Assembly (NCBI GenBank): GCA_951406725.2 | Contig: OX597814.1 | Location: 173,724,001-173,788,000 of the forward strand | Reading direction: 5' to 3' | From: Octopus vulgaris | Taxonomy: Eukaryota | DNA: 64,000 bases | Part shown: positions 23,325-36,829 of the stretch, piece after piece | Position numbering within the stretch: the first letter of the stretch is position 1 | Layout: every line of letters starts with the position of its first letter | Position numbers and translations under genes: made by a program | The notes under the pieces: generated by a model | Database searches by the model: none | What the model was told of the DNA's origin: nothing | The model's input: the letters and a program-made list of their open reading frames with translations, nothing else

Positions 23325-24149
23325 CTAAACATGTTTAGACTTGTCCCCGTAGTAGACAAGCTGATGCAGGGCACTCTCGGCTGTAGTTCGACTTGCTAGA
23401 AATAGCAGCCAAATTTTTCTGATTTAAATGAGGACACATGGTGGTCAATATTGTTCTGGTTATACAAAAAAGACAAGCAGTTGCAGAAGAAATATCCTTG
23501 ACCGTAGGTCTGATCGAGTATGACAAATATGAAGTTAAACAACAATGAGGTCAGGAATTTGAGCGGGAGCAGTCCGTTACACCTCAATATTTGATTAGTA
23601 TTAAGAAGCCGAGCTGGCAGAATCGTTACCGAAAAATGTTTAGCGCCATTTCTTCCGACTTTACGTTCTGAGTTGAAATGCCACCACGATCGACTTTGCT
23701 TTTCATCTTTTTGGGGTTGATAAAATAAGTACCAGTTGAACACTGGGGTCAATTACATCGACCCTCCTCTGATATTACTGACTTTGTACCAAAATTTTAA
23801 TCAATTTCAGGCGATTACATTGACACCTATTACTCAACTGGTACTTATTTTATAGACCCCGAAAGGATGGAAGGGAAAATTGACCACAGGGGAATTTGAA
23901 CTCTGATCATAAAGACTGACGAAATTATGCTAAGCATTTTGACCGTTGCTTTAACGATTCTGCCAGCACCCTCGCTATCCTCCGGGGCAATACCTTTTCC
24001 ATTTTGTCTGCTGGTGTCATATCACTAACAAGGATTGCATATGCTTGAAGCTGAGGGTAAAGGGACTAGTTTACAGAGACGCTTAATGAGCTCGAACCTG
24101 ATATCTTATAATTGTGAAGAGAATGTCTTAAGTGCACGGGTGTGCTTAT

Positions 24150-24549
24150 ACTCTTTAACTCTTTTACTTGTTTCAGTCATTTGACTGTGGCCATGCTGGA
24201 GCACCGCCTTTAGTCGAGCAAATCGACCCCAGGATTTATTCTTTGGAAGCCTGGTACTTATTCTATCGGCCTTTTGCCGAACCACTAAGTTACGGGAACG
24301 TAAACACACCAGCATCGGTTGTCAAGCGATGTTGGTGGGGCAAACACAGACACACTTATACACACACGTATATATATATATATATACGACGAGCTTCTTT
24401 CAGTTTCTGTCTACCAAATCCACTCACAAGGCTTTGGTCGGCCCGAGGCTATAGTAGAAGACACTTGCCCAAGGTGCCACGCAATGGGACTGAACCCGGA
24501 ACCATGTGGTTGGTGAGCAAGCTACTTACCACACAGCCACTCCTACGCC
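24150..24549 (-). mobile_element. SINE family B
   Basis: Full-length reverse-complement copy. Confidence 0.88.
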
Positions 24550-25789
24550 TATGTATATGAAACGAATGAATTGCAAACATAAACAAACATTTTTTTTTTA
24601 AATAAAACTGCTGCTGCATTTTTGCTTGGTGTTCTAACGTACTGAAGGTGATTATGTTCATCAGTGAAAGCTGAGATAAATATAGTAAACGGAAAATGAT
24701 TGAGAGTGATAGAGTGGGAGGAGGATTAAAGTGAGTAGAGAAACAGAGTGTGAGGTGAGTAAAACAGGTGAGCGAAAATCTTTCGTCTTAATGTAAGGTG
24801 AATCTTCTGCAATATATTTGGCTCCGAATCAACACAGCTTTCAAAGATGAAATATTTTCAAATAAATTATATACGTAGGCATGGTTATACCTGCAGTTAA
24901 AAACGTGGTTCTAAATCCACTCCTACTACCATAGATAAGTGTCTGTGGGTGAACGGGTAAAGAGTGTGAACGCTAGTCGGACTGTCGGATGAATCATGGT
25001 TTCTCCTCCCTTTTAACACATCCTATTAGTCTCGGTGACCTTACAAAAGTCATAGGCACTGCCCTTCTTCTTCTGACTAAGTGACCAAAGAATAGTGTTA
25101 TTTTCAACGAGGAGTTAATAGTGGCTGAGTCCGTGTACATTACAAGGGGCCTTACTCGTAGTCTTGCCGTTTCTTGTTCATTCTCATATCTTTGTTCGAT
25201 TCATGCCTGTTTGTGATTAAGATATGAACAAGTAAACGGTGTATTTCAAATCTAAATAAAATCAGTGTGTAAAACAGAATAGTGTGATAGAAAACACACA
25301 GTATATTACGCAGTTTACTCTATACACATTTTGTCAAAGAATTATATTCCGAACAAATTGGACAACTGCTAGGAATCGTGTCCACTTAAAGACAAACACA
25401 ACTTTTCACTATAGAGAATGAACCAACAAGGGAGCTTCCACGTCATCCCTCGCCATGTTGTAAATAGCAACGACATCTCCCTCAAATCGCACGTTATTGT
25501 CATTGAAGTAAGAAAGATACTTTGATAAGGTAGTCCGAAATATACTATACCTGAAAATAAGATCAATGGTTATCGCTGGATTGTCGTTAATCATAAGATT
25601 TGCTTGCTCATGGCTGATCGCGGATTAAATAACAACAACAAAGCTGCACAGACAAATTCTTTTCGATTTTCTTCTTGATTCTGTTATTATGTCTGCTACA
25701 CTTCTATCCTTTCCTCATTGTTAGAAACTGTGCTGTAGCTGGGACATTTTATTGCCCTTTAAAAATATTCATAGGCATTTGGGGATTAA

Positions 25790-26247
25790 TTGGATCTTTT
25801 CGGTTTGAACGGCAGTTTTTAACATAATTTCTAGGTAACTAAAAGATTTTAAACTTCGTATACTGGTAGAATGTGTTTATAAAACATCTTTTTCTCTTGG
25901 CTTTATCGAGAAAATTCTATAGTTAGTAAGGTATTTGTTGTTTTTTCTTCAATTTCTGCAATTTCAACCAATCACTGACGTCTATTGAGGTAAAAAAACA
26001 TTCTGTGCCGTATGAATATGTCCCTCGTTTAAGAAACAGATTGGGTTTATTTACATTTGTGAAGAAAAAAAGATACCCTTCCCCCCACCCCTCACCCTAA
26101 CCCTAACCCTAACCCTAACAAACCCTAACTAACCCTAACCCTAAAACAGATTGAAATGCAATAGATCGATTCTAGGGTCATAATTATGGGCGACAATTTC
26201 ATATGACACCGCTAGAAAAAACTGCCGTTCAAACCGAAAAGACCCGA
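25790..26247. mobile_element. MITE with ~31-bp TIRs, TTAA flanks and internal (CCCTAA)n
   Basis: TTGGATCTTTTCGGTTTGAACGGCAGTTTTT / AAAAACTGCCGTTCAAACCGAAAAGACCCGA (2 mismatches); TTAA at 25786-25789 and 26248-26251. Confidence 0.85.
26095..26144 (-). repeat. Interstitial telomere-like (TTAGGG)n
   Basis: About 7 CCCTAA units with interruptions. Confidence 0.85.
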
Positions 26248-27664
26248 TTAATTCAATAATTACATTATCGAGCTGCTTCTCCTGCCGCTGTTATTGTTGC
26301 GGTGGTCTGACCCTAATTCAGCTCTGATAGAACAACTATTGGATGTTCCAGCTTTAATTATCCCATTTTTATTGGGGTTTTTTTTTTCGGGCACAATGTA
26401 TTTACGAGCTTTCCTTCATTTTAGTCAGAGTGGAGAAGACTTAATCCGTCGCATAGTTTAACACCTCCAGTTGATCATTTTGTGTTTTTTAGCAAAACAC
26501 ACTTTGTTGCAAGCGTTCAGGTCTGGGCTTCAGTCTGAGCATAATTCCGTTCCTTCTTTGCACTAGTTTTCGAAACCATTGAAATAGGCATACTTGATGC
26601 CTTTGTTCCTTGAATACTCATTCAGAGAGGGGGAAAATAAAAAATCTTTTGAGCAAATGATAAAATAAATGATAAGGTGTGATTTGAGATAGATTTTTTT
26701 CTTGTTTTTAGTGAGTAGACAGACCACATAACACTTACATCTCTGGCTTGCTATTTTGTTGTTTGATTTTATCACTGATGTTACTGATGTTGTTACAAAC
26801 TGTGCTCAATAAGGGGGGCAAAGCGCCTTCAGGTGGCTTTAGTTACACAATAAAATCACTTCCAACAGAAGATAATGGATGGTGTTACTAGCAATGTTCA
26901 CAGCTTTACTACAGTTCTGTTGTCTGGTTCTATTTCCTTCTCTTCCCTCTATCTACCTACATATATTTCTCTCTCTCTCTCCCTCTCTCTCTCCCTCCCT
27001 CTCCCTAACTTTCTCTTTCTCTCTCTCTCTCTCTCTTTCACTCTCCCTCTCTCTTTCTCTCTCCCCTCTCTCTCTTTTTCTTTCACTTTCCCTCTCTCAC
27101 ACACCAATCTTGCCATCTTTCTCTGTATCCATTTTAACGCAAAAAAAAACTCTTGCCAAGAAGTAGCCAATTTAATTTTGGAATGGTTTGGCGAATGTCT
27201 GCCAAATACCATTTCGTATAAGATGAAAATTAAACGGTAGTTCGTCCACACTAAGTATCGATTATAGCTGTCGATTAATATTTGTATCAAAATTTCTACA
27301 TTGCCGCTTTAGAATTGGAAATGTCATTTCTTCTGATCAGAAAACAGAAGAAAAGATAAGAAATCATTATCAATTAAACGAAGAACCGGAGCCTGCGGGA
27401 GAAATTTGGCAAGTAGATCAAGACTATTTTTGGATCTCTAAAGAACCAGAAATTTCAAGGTGAGACAGACAAAGAGAAATAACTCAACAAAAGATAGTCA
27501 CGGGGCTCACTGTATCTCTACGGTCCCGGACGGACGTACAAACTGACCTCCATCTCTCATAGGACATACTGAGAACAATTAGAATCGCCAAGATTGTAGA
27601 GCCATTTACAAAATACGTTAGAGATTTTACTTTGGTCATGTTCGGTTACAACATCAGTAACAGT

Positions 27665-28143
27665 GGAGGCGCTATGGCCCAGTGGTTAGGGCAGCGGGCT
27701 CGCGGTCGTAAGAGTGCGGTTTCGATTCCCAGACCGGGCATTGTGAGTGTTTATTGAGCAAAAACACTTAAGCTCCACAATGCTCCGGCGGGTGATGGGG
27801 GTGAACCCCGCTATACTCTTTCACCACAACTTTCTCTCACTCTCTCTTCCTCCTTCTGCTACAAAGCAGAGGAACCATGGTGTAACACACTATGGTGTGG
27901 TAAACTTTCAAACCCTACTCTAGATTGCGAATCCTCTGTACCCCAGGATGGTTCAGCTCTCCACCCGTTAAAAAGCCACCGTTTACGGAATCAGGATAAC
28001 AACGTAGCTTTCGCGCCCGTGCAACCGCCCGTCTATCGCGTGTGGTGAGTGGATCTTCAAGTTGCCACACGCACTCTTAGTAGCTTTGAGTAGGCTCGAA
28101 TTGGAGATTATTCTTTGTGGTTACTGGCATGAGTTCTGACTGG
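27665..28143 (+). mobile_element. tRNA-derived SINE family C with long tail (type ii)
   Basis: Head TGGCCCAGTGGTTAGGGCAGCGG...GGTTTCGATTCCC; tail shared with 36830-37324 and 52123-52585. Confidence 0.8.
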
Positions 28144-28235
28144 AAGAAGAAGAAGAAGAAGAAGAAGAAGAAGAAGAAGAAGAAGAAGAAGAAGAAGAAG
28201 AAGAAGAAGAAGAAGAAGAAGAAGAAGAAGAAGAA
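28143..28235 (+). repeat. (GAA)n run of ~31 units, expanded SINE C tail
   Basis: Direct reading; the minus-strand copy at 36830 also ends in a short (GAA)n. Confidence 0.95.
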
Positions 28236-28467
28236 ACATCAGTAACATCAGCAACAAAATCAACTTCTTCATTCCCATGAAAGCTAGTCAAAAAAAGTAC
28301 CAGTAATATACTGCGATCAAAAGTTTATCCACCATAATTCTTGGCTTGAGCAATTCGATAGCTTGCTTGTGTTTGAAAGAAATAGTTATTAATCGGTGTT
28401 ATGCTGCACTAAGGAATGTTTAGCAAACTGAATCAAATCTAAGAAATCACTATTACTACTATTTCTA

Positions 28468-28524
<57 letters not shown>

Positions 28525-28659
28525 ATGATGATACTATTGTTACTACTACTACTACTACTACTACTACTACCACTATTGCTGCTACTACTACTACTACTAC
28601 TTCTACTGCTGTTACAACCACTGCCACTGCTACTACCACCACTACCACCGCCACTCCTG

Positions 28660-28691
<32 letters not shown>

Positions 28692-31267
28692 ACTACTACT
28701 GCTGATGCTGATGCTGATGCTATCGAAAAATAATATTAATGTAATTTCATCTCAGAATTGCTTTAAATGTCGAAAGCTTCTTGAAGAAACAAAAAAACAA
28801 ATCTGAAAAGGAAAAAAAGAATTCAAAATGGAGTCCAGCCGCTTTTTAGAAGCGAGAAGCATTTATTTAGATAACCTATCCAAAGAGGGTAGAGTCAGTG
28901 AAAAGAATTTCTTAAGCCTACGCCCAACAATTATAAACAGATACTGTCTGTCTGTTTATACAACTTTGTGAAGCACATTCGTAACGCAATTCAAACAAGT
29001 CTTAGTATACCTTTCAAAGGAAAATATCGAATCTCGACACAGTATTTGGTTTTGTTTCTCATTAAATAAAGATAGGACATAATGTGATTGTAAAGATAGC
29101 TTCTTTACAAGCTTGAAAGACTCAGTTTTTTTTTTTTTGGTTTTTTTACTTTGCCGTTTGTTTCATGACTTAACAAAGCTGTGTTTTCGAAAGTGACAAG
29201 CAACAATTAATGTTTTTTTATTTGCTTTACTTGAAACAAGTGCAGCTTATTTCGGAGCTGATATTAACTGATAATAAATTTTTATTGTTGTTTCTGTTGT
29301 TTAACACCAAGTTAGCCCACCACCCCTCCCACCCCACCCCAACACTTTAAACAGATCTTTGATAAAAAAAAAAAAAGACTTTCATTCATTACTCTCCTAT
29401 CTCTTATACAGATACAATATATCTAGGTTTACATTATTTGGTTGTGTCTATACTTTTGATAAAACATTAGGGTGTAATTTGAGGGAGATTTAGCTGTTAC
29501 TTCCAGCAAGTCGAACGACCATGTACAGGCTCCCTCGCTGTCTCCTACACTGGTAAGGAGCTGTTATGTTGAGACTCATAGGGTAAAGGAGAGTTTTTGA
29601 CAAGCTAACTAATGCTACATTACTTCGATTCTCGTTTGAACGAATTTCATTTCATCTGTTCAATACATGGAACATTAAAATGATAAGAAAACACTAAAAA
29701 CAATTATACAGCGAAGGAAAAAAAAGTATTAACAAATTGTTTTAATTATTAAAGCAAATAAGAGAGATAACTCTAAACGTGTTTCGATCTCGGTAGACCT
29801 CATCAACGAAACAGAGACTTCACTACTCCCCGAAGTATCGGTGAGAGAATCACAAATTAAACATACAAGAATATACATTGGCTGGTTTTGAAAATATAAT
29901 TATTTGACCCTATCAGCCCTGGCCAATGGTGAGATAACCCACGTTAGGCCCAGACGTCCACAGTCAATACTCGTTAAAAAGCATATTCTGCAAACAGAAA
30001 GATTTATTGACAACAACATATGAAAACTTCGTCTCTCGTCTAAAATTCACAAATCTTCAGTTTATTTTTGTGGTACATTGTTTTCACTTTCAGTTCGTGA
30101 AATAACTAGCATCGCCTTCTGTTTCATGTTTCAAAACTTTCATACCTGTCAGCTGATTCAATTTTGCCTTTGAAGTACATGAGATTCATTCTAATTTCTG
30201 CAAGACTTCTGCAGTAGTGAACATCCTCGGCCTTTGCCTATTCCCCTCCAGACGTTCCTGGTTGCAATGAACTTTACTTCATGGTCAAAATAAAGCAGAA
30301 ACATCATTCTAAAGAATGCCTTACTCTCGAGTAGAGATCTGTAAAGAATCTAGTACTCCAGCGACAAGAGATCTTTATTCTGACTGGCTGATTTCTTTTT
30401 AGTTTGACTTTGTTTTTACAAGAGTTTTTCCTCAAACTCGCTATATTGATAATTCGGCAGAATGTCAGATCTGAAATTTCCAGCATATCAGGGATACGAC
30501 CAAACAAGGTTAAAGAATAAAAGCTTAGGGTTGCCATCTTATTCCAAGAATCTATTGCATCCAATTCACTGTTCATTTTGATGGCTATCTTTCTGAAGAA
30601 CTCTAAAGTTACACTATAACATTTTGTTTTCTCAATGATCTAAATTTTGCAGGGATGGAGGTGCATATTTAAAAAGAAATATGTTATGAAGATGACATTT
30701 AACTTTACTCACCATATACTGGTGTAAAATGCAAAAAAATCTAATACAAAACATCTGGGTTAGAATTGTAGGGTAATCTTTATATTTAAGAAATGGGGGA
30801 AAAAAGAGAATAACATATATTGTTAATATTTAGTTATAAAAAGTGAGGATCAGATTATATTCGACATCACATTATACTCGAGTAAACTACAGTACATAGT
30901 TCAGAAATCTGTTGAACATAGGAGCTAAGTTTCACTCAGATCAAATCTTAACGTCTTAAGAAAAAGGTGAGATACATTTGATAATATAATTCAAGACAGA
31001 CTGTATCTGAAAATAAGGCGAGTATCTTATGGCTAGACGTAGGTTTATTCGATCAGAGCTAGCATGAGACAAGACAACAACAGCAACAAAGAATGGCAAT
31101 AATGTCATGCAATCTAATTTCCACTCACATAAATCTGAGGTTCTGTGTTAATAACAAGTTTTATAGAATTCTATTACTGTACAATAAGAGACGGGAATAG
31201 AAAAATATTCGAAGATTTATTGCACTGATGCACTATAAAAAGCGAACCTTGCATTTATAGACGTCTT

Positions 31268-31341
<74 letters not shown>

Positions 31342-31459
31342 TAAGATGGTTATATTAGATAGATAGATAGATAGATAGATAGAAAGATAGATAGATAGTT
31401 AGATAGATGTGTGCATGTATGTATATATGTATACATATTTACATATATATACATATATG

Positions 31460-31570
<111 letters not shown>

Positions 31571-32063
31571 TGTAAAGATGGAAATCAAAAATAAGCTGAG
31601 CGATAATGGATTAAAATCACACCACCGATTTCTTGATCATAGACTTATTTTAGTCATTGGTACGTTGCAATATGAAATTATTGAAATATAATTGTATTAT
31701 TTACAATGAGGAAAAAAAATCGCTATAAATGTTAATATCAGATAAATGACAATATCTTAACGTATAAATTATGCCTATGGATTTTGAAACTTCATTTCAT
31801 CTATCTCACACTTTAATTCATAAAAATATTCAGTTTATATTTTCTCTTAAACTAATTTCATTTACATGAGTTTAAATGTATCTGGAAATTTTCTACTCAG
31901 TTTTTCTTAGTTCTAGATTGCTACGGTAATCCCAGTATGTACGCTCGCGCGCGTGTGTCTGCTTTTTAAGGCAAGCGAGATAAATGCATTCTTCTGGTTA
32001 TTGCTTTCATTTGAAAATACATGCTAGCCACCCTCACGCTTTATTGAACCCACTATTAATAAT

Positions 32064-32392
32064 GTTAGTTAAGTTAAGTTAAGTTAATTTTTTGGCTCAA
32101 AAAGCAAAAGCAAGGCCATGTAGGGGGACATGGAGTTATGTACAGGGAGGGTGTTCATGCAAAGAGTTCAGGCCATTTCTGGTCAAGAGAGTCTTTGAAC
32201 CGAGCAGTCGTCGGCATTTTCACTATCTCGTCCGGCAGCTTATTCCACAGAACCGCAACCCGGGCGGAGAAAGCCCCTCTCCTTCGATTGAGAGGAAATC
32301 GTCGCAGATAGAGCTTTTCGGAGTGACCCCGCAGCCGACGCTCTGGAGCAGGAGTGAAGAACAGCTCTTTCGAGAATGGATCTACTTTCTAC
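32064..32392 (-). mobile_element. CR1-clade LINE 3' end
   Basis: Minus strand RLRGHSEKLYLRRFPLNRRRGAFSARVAVLWNKLPDEIV...FKDSLDQKW, then 3' UTR and (AACTT)n tail. Confidence 0.85.
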
Positions 32393-32837
32393 AGTAAATT
32401 GGTCCATGTGTCTTAATTTACTGAGAAGAAAATCTACTGGAATTAAATACAAAATACATAGATAAAATACAATTTCAAATTGATTGTTAAACTTGCTATG
32501 ACATAACTGAATATGGAAGAAAAGATTTCTACACTGTAACACTAAAGTAAAACAGATGGACCTATCAAGATAATTTCCAGTTACCTCGAGAAACAATCTC
32601 GGGATCTGAAAAGCAACATAGACGCCAGTAAAGTTTTCGTTTCTCCAATGATATCTTCCTCTGCGATTTTCACAAAAACGTCTATCAGTAAATGGATCAT
32701 TCCACTTAAATGTAAACAGGTAAAAGTTCATAACTGTAAACAATAAGGCTAAAATGCAATCGATGTGGTAGCAATGACTGTACAATACAATTGATATGAA
32801 ATCCGGAGCCCAGTTCCTCTAATAAATGCAAATTGTA

Positions 32838-33150
32838 GAGGCACATGGCCTAGTGGTTAGAGCAGCGGATTCGCGGTCGAAGGATCGCGGGTTCGAATCT
32901 CAGACCGGGCGATGTGTGTGTTTATGAGCGAACCACCTAAGCTCCACGCGGCTCCGGCCGAAGATTATGGCGAAATTTCTGCTGACTCTTTCGCCACAAC
33001 TTTCTCTCACTCTTTCCTCCTGCATCTTGCAGCTCACCTGCGATGGACCGGCGTCCCGTCCAGGTGGGGAACCTATACGCCAAGAAACCGGGAAACCGGG
33101 AAACCGGCCCTTATGAGCCAGGCATGGCTCGAGAAGGAACAAACAACAAA
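32838..33150 (+). mobile_element. SINE family C with V-domain-like tail (type i)
   Basis: tRNA head; CTGCGATGGACCGGCGTCCCGTCCAGG block; TSD AATAAATGCAAAT. Confidence 0.85.
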
Positions 33151-33910
33151 AAATAAATGCAAATAAAAATCTCTCAGCTGCTTTCGGAAACTGAAATAAT
33201 AAACTCTTATAAACTGAGACACTATCTCAGGAACTGCAGTGAATAAAATAACTATAGCAGAATTTCTTATTAGAATGCTAAACACCCGACTCCACGTCTA
33301 TTGTTTAATCGGAAATTATGCTATATCATTGGTGAGATGAGTTCAGAGCCCTTCATAGAATACGAAACGAAGAGAGGGCGAAAAATCTGTCGCCTTATTC
33401 TTCAGTCCATTTCGTCCTTATTTAATACAGACCACTTGTATAAGAGTTCTTGCTCCTTTGAATTTATTGGTTAAATATGGTTGATATCTAATGCCTCCTG
33501 AGCCAAAGAAAGAATGGTGTGGAGAATGGTCTCTATACGGTCTCTCAACCATCCTGATTTTGTAGCTCAGTAAACAGTATGTTTCGAAAAAATACGTACA
33601 GTGCAGTATGTAATTCACCTACAGCGCTTGTATGTATGTGAGTCTATGTACACGTATATGAGAGTGTGTGTGTATGTGTGTGTGTGTGTGTGTGTGTTTG
33701 TACATATGAGTGTATATGAGTATGTGTGTGGGTGCGTATGTTTTCAGAATAGGCAGCAGACAGCCACCAATTATTATTAATAGCATTTTCATCACTATCG
33801 TCATTATCACCCCCCGGCACCACTTCTTCTTCTTCTTCTTCTTCTCCTCCATCTCCTCTTCTTCCTCCTCCTCCTCCTTCTCCCCTTCATCCTCCATCTC
33901 CTCCTCTTCT

Positions 33911-35794
33911 ACCTCTTTCTCCTTCTCCTTTTTTCTTCCTTTCAGTTGTTATGATGATGTAAATCTCTACCCATGGTTGCTTGCTTCACCAACAATACTT
34001 TCAGGTCAAACCCCAATTAAGCAGATCAATGACCAAACGTATTCCAGCCATGACCAACCTGCTTTTTTTACAGGAATCTACGAGTACATTATCTAAACTG
34101 TGGAATAGCAACTACATAAGTACAAATAACGGCTACATACGTACAAATAACGGCTACATACATACAAATAACGGTTACATACGTACAAATAACGGTTACA
34201 TACGTACAAATAACGGCTACATACGTACAAATAACGGTTACATACGTACAAATAACGGTTACATACGTACAAATAACGGTTACATACGTACAAATAACGG
34301 TTACATACGTACAAATAACGGCTACATACGTAAAAATAACGGTTACATACGTACAAATAACGGCTACATACGTACAAATAACGGTTACATACGTACAAAT
34401 AACGGTTACGTACGTACAAATAACCTCTTTCTCCTTCTCCTTTTTTCTTCTTTCAGTTGTTATGATGATGTAAATCTCCACCCATGGTTGCTTGCTTCAC
34501 CAACAACACTTTCAGGTCAAACCCCAATTAAGCAGATCAATGACCAAACGTATTCCAGCCATGACCAACCTGCTTTTTTTTTACAGGAATCTACGAGTAC
34601 ATTATCTAAACTGTGGAATAGCAACTACATAAGTACAAATAACGGCTACATACGTACAAATAACGGCTACATACGTACAAATAACGGTTACATACGTACA
34701 AATAACGGTTACATACGTACAAATAACGGCTACATACGTACAAATAATGGTTACATACGTACAAATAACGGTTACATACGTACAAATAACGGTTACATAC
34801 GTACAAATAACGGCTACATACGTACAAATAACGGTTACATACGTACAAATAACGGCTACATACGTACAAATAACGGTTACATACGTACAAATAACGGTTA
34901 CATACGTACAAATAACGGTTACATACGTACAAATAACGGTTACATAAGTACAAATAACGATTACATACGTACAAATAACGGCTACATGCGTACAAATAAC
35001 GGTTACATACGTACAAATAACGGTTACATACGTACAAATAACGGTTACATACATACAAATAACGGTTACATACGTACAAATAACGGCTACATACGTACAA
35101 ATAACGGCTACATACGTACAAATAACGATTACATACGTACAAATAACGGTTACATACGTACAAATAACGGTTGCATACGTACAAATAACGGTTGCATACG
35201 TACAAATAACGGTTGCATACGTACAAATAACGGCTACATACGTACAAATAACGGTTACATACGTACAAATAACGGTTACATACGTACAAATAACGGCTAC
35301 ATACGTACAAATAACGGTTACATACGTACAAATAACGGTTACATACGTACAAATAACGGTTACATACGTACAAATAACGGCTACATACGTACAAATAACG
35401 GTTACATACGTACAAATAACGGTTACATACGTACAAATAACGGCTACATACGTACAAATAACGGTTACATACGTACAAATAACGGCTACATACGTACAAA
35501 TAACGGTTACATACGTACAAATAACGGTTACATACGTACAAATAACGGTTACATACGTACAAATAACGGTTACATACGTACAAATAACGGTTACATAAGT
35601 ACAAATAACGATTACATACGTACAAATAACGGCTACATACGTACAAATAACGGCTACATACGTACAAATAACGGCTACATACGTACAAATAACGATTACA
35701 TACGTACAAATAACGGTTACATACGTACAAATAACGGTTGCATACGTACAAATAACGGTTGCATACGTACAAATAACGGTTACATACGTACAAA
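33911..35794. repeat. 21-bp minisatellite (AAATAACGGYTACATACGTAC)n in two arrays, each preceded by the same ~200-bp segment
   Basis: Array 1 ~34112-34424 (~15 units), array 2 ~34625-35794 (~56 units); 33911-34111 is duplicated at 34423-34624. Confidence 0.95.
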
Positions 35795-36023
35795 CATTTG
35801 TACTTATGTAGCTGCTATTTCAAACAAATCGAACGATAAACAGAAAAGGAATGAAGATTAGACTTAAATTCAATAACACTGTGAGTCAAGGTGTTCCAGC
35901 TGTTAAACAATATGTCTTTCCAGTTTTGAAACGGTGAAGAGTGATTTTAAGGACATTTTGTTCAAATTTATTAACAGGTCAAGTGACCACACAAAGGCCC
36001 ACTAGATGCTTCGAATCATGCTA

Positions 36024-36188
36024 GGCGCAGGAGTGGCTGTGTGGTAAGTAGCTTGCTAACCAACCACATGGTTCCAGGTTCAGTCCCACTGCGTGGCATC
36101 TTGGGCAAGTGTCTTCTGCTGTAGCCCCGGGCCGACCAATGCCTTGTGAGTGGATTTGGTAGACGGAAACTGAAAGAAGCCTGTCGTA

Positions 36189-36277
<89 letters not shown>

Positions 36278-36482
36278 CTGTGTTTGTCCCCCTAGCATTG
36301 CTTGACAACCGATGCTGGTGTGTTTACGTCCCCGTTACTTAGCGGTTCGGCAAAAGAGACCGATAGAATAAGTACTGGGCTTACAAAGAATAAGTCCCGG
36401 GGTCGATTTGCTCGACTAAAAAAAGGCGGTGCTCCAGCATGGCCGCAGTCAAATGACTGAAACAAGTAAAAGAGTAAAGAGT
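36024..36482 (+). mobile_element. SINE family B
   Basis: Full-length copy. Confidence 0.88.
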
Positions 36483-36571
36483 ATCGTTGCTGCAGTAGCT
36501 GTATGTACGTATGTATGTATGTATGTATGTATGTATGTATGTATGTATGTATGTATGTATGTATGTATGTA

Positions 36572-36602
<31 letters not shown>

Positions 36603-36620
36603 ATTGTTGTTGTTGTTGTT

Positions 36621-36810
36621 GAGCAACAAGACGGGTAAGGGTGATTAGGATGATGGCCTAGTGCTTAGGGGAGGGAGACCCCAGACCTTGGAAAAAAAAC
36701 TTTGGTCGTCTTGTTGTAGTCGAGGGCTCTTCGTTGACGCCCGACACCACTGGGCCTCGAAGTCACTGGAAATGGAGATCTCCAGGTTCAAATTCTTGAA
36801 CGGCTGCTGC
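36621..36810. repeat. ~190-bp interspersed repeat next to (GTT)n; second copy at ~37416-37615
   Basis: CAAGACGGGTAAGGGTGATTAGG...GGAAATGGAGATCTCCAGG...TTCTTGAACGGCTGCTGC in both copies. Confidence 0.8.
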
Positions 36811-36829
36811 TGTAGCTGTACTGTTGCTG

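Noticed and set aside
26095-26144. Chromosome end or fusion scar
   Set aside because: Short, single orientation and enclosed within MITE TIRs
27341-27458. Possible plus-strand exon (CAG|KTEEKIRNH...EISR|GTGAG)
   Set aside because: No recognisable homology or partner exons
32838-32915. tRNA genes at SINE heads (also 6218, 27665, 40143, 42502, 51287, 59193)
   Set aside because: A and B boxes are present, but each continues into a SINE body, often with a TSD, and the acceptor stems are not intact
34112-35794. CRISPR-like array
   Set aside because: Units are head-to-tail with no unique spacers; eukaryotic context; no cas genes
33981-35861. 626-aa ORF of (NNGYIRT)n and the antisense (YLYVCNR)n and (VICTYVT)n ORFs
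   Set aside because: A 21-bp unit lacking stops stays open in several frames on both strands; the flanks are a decayed dispersed repeat; no evidence of coding function
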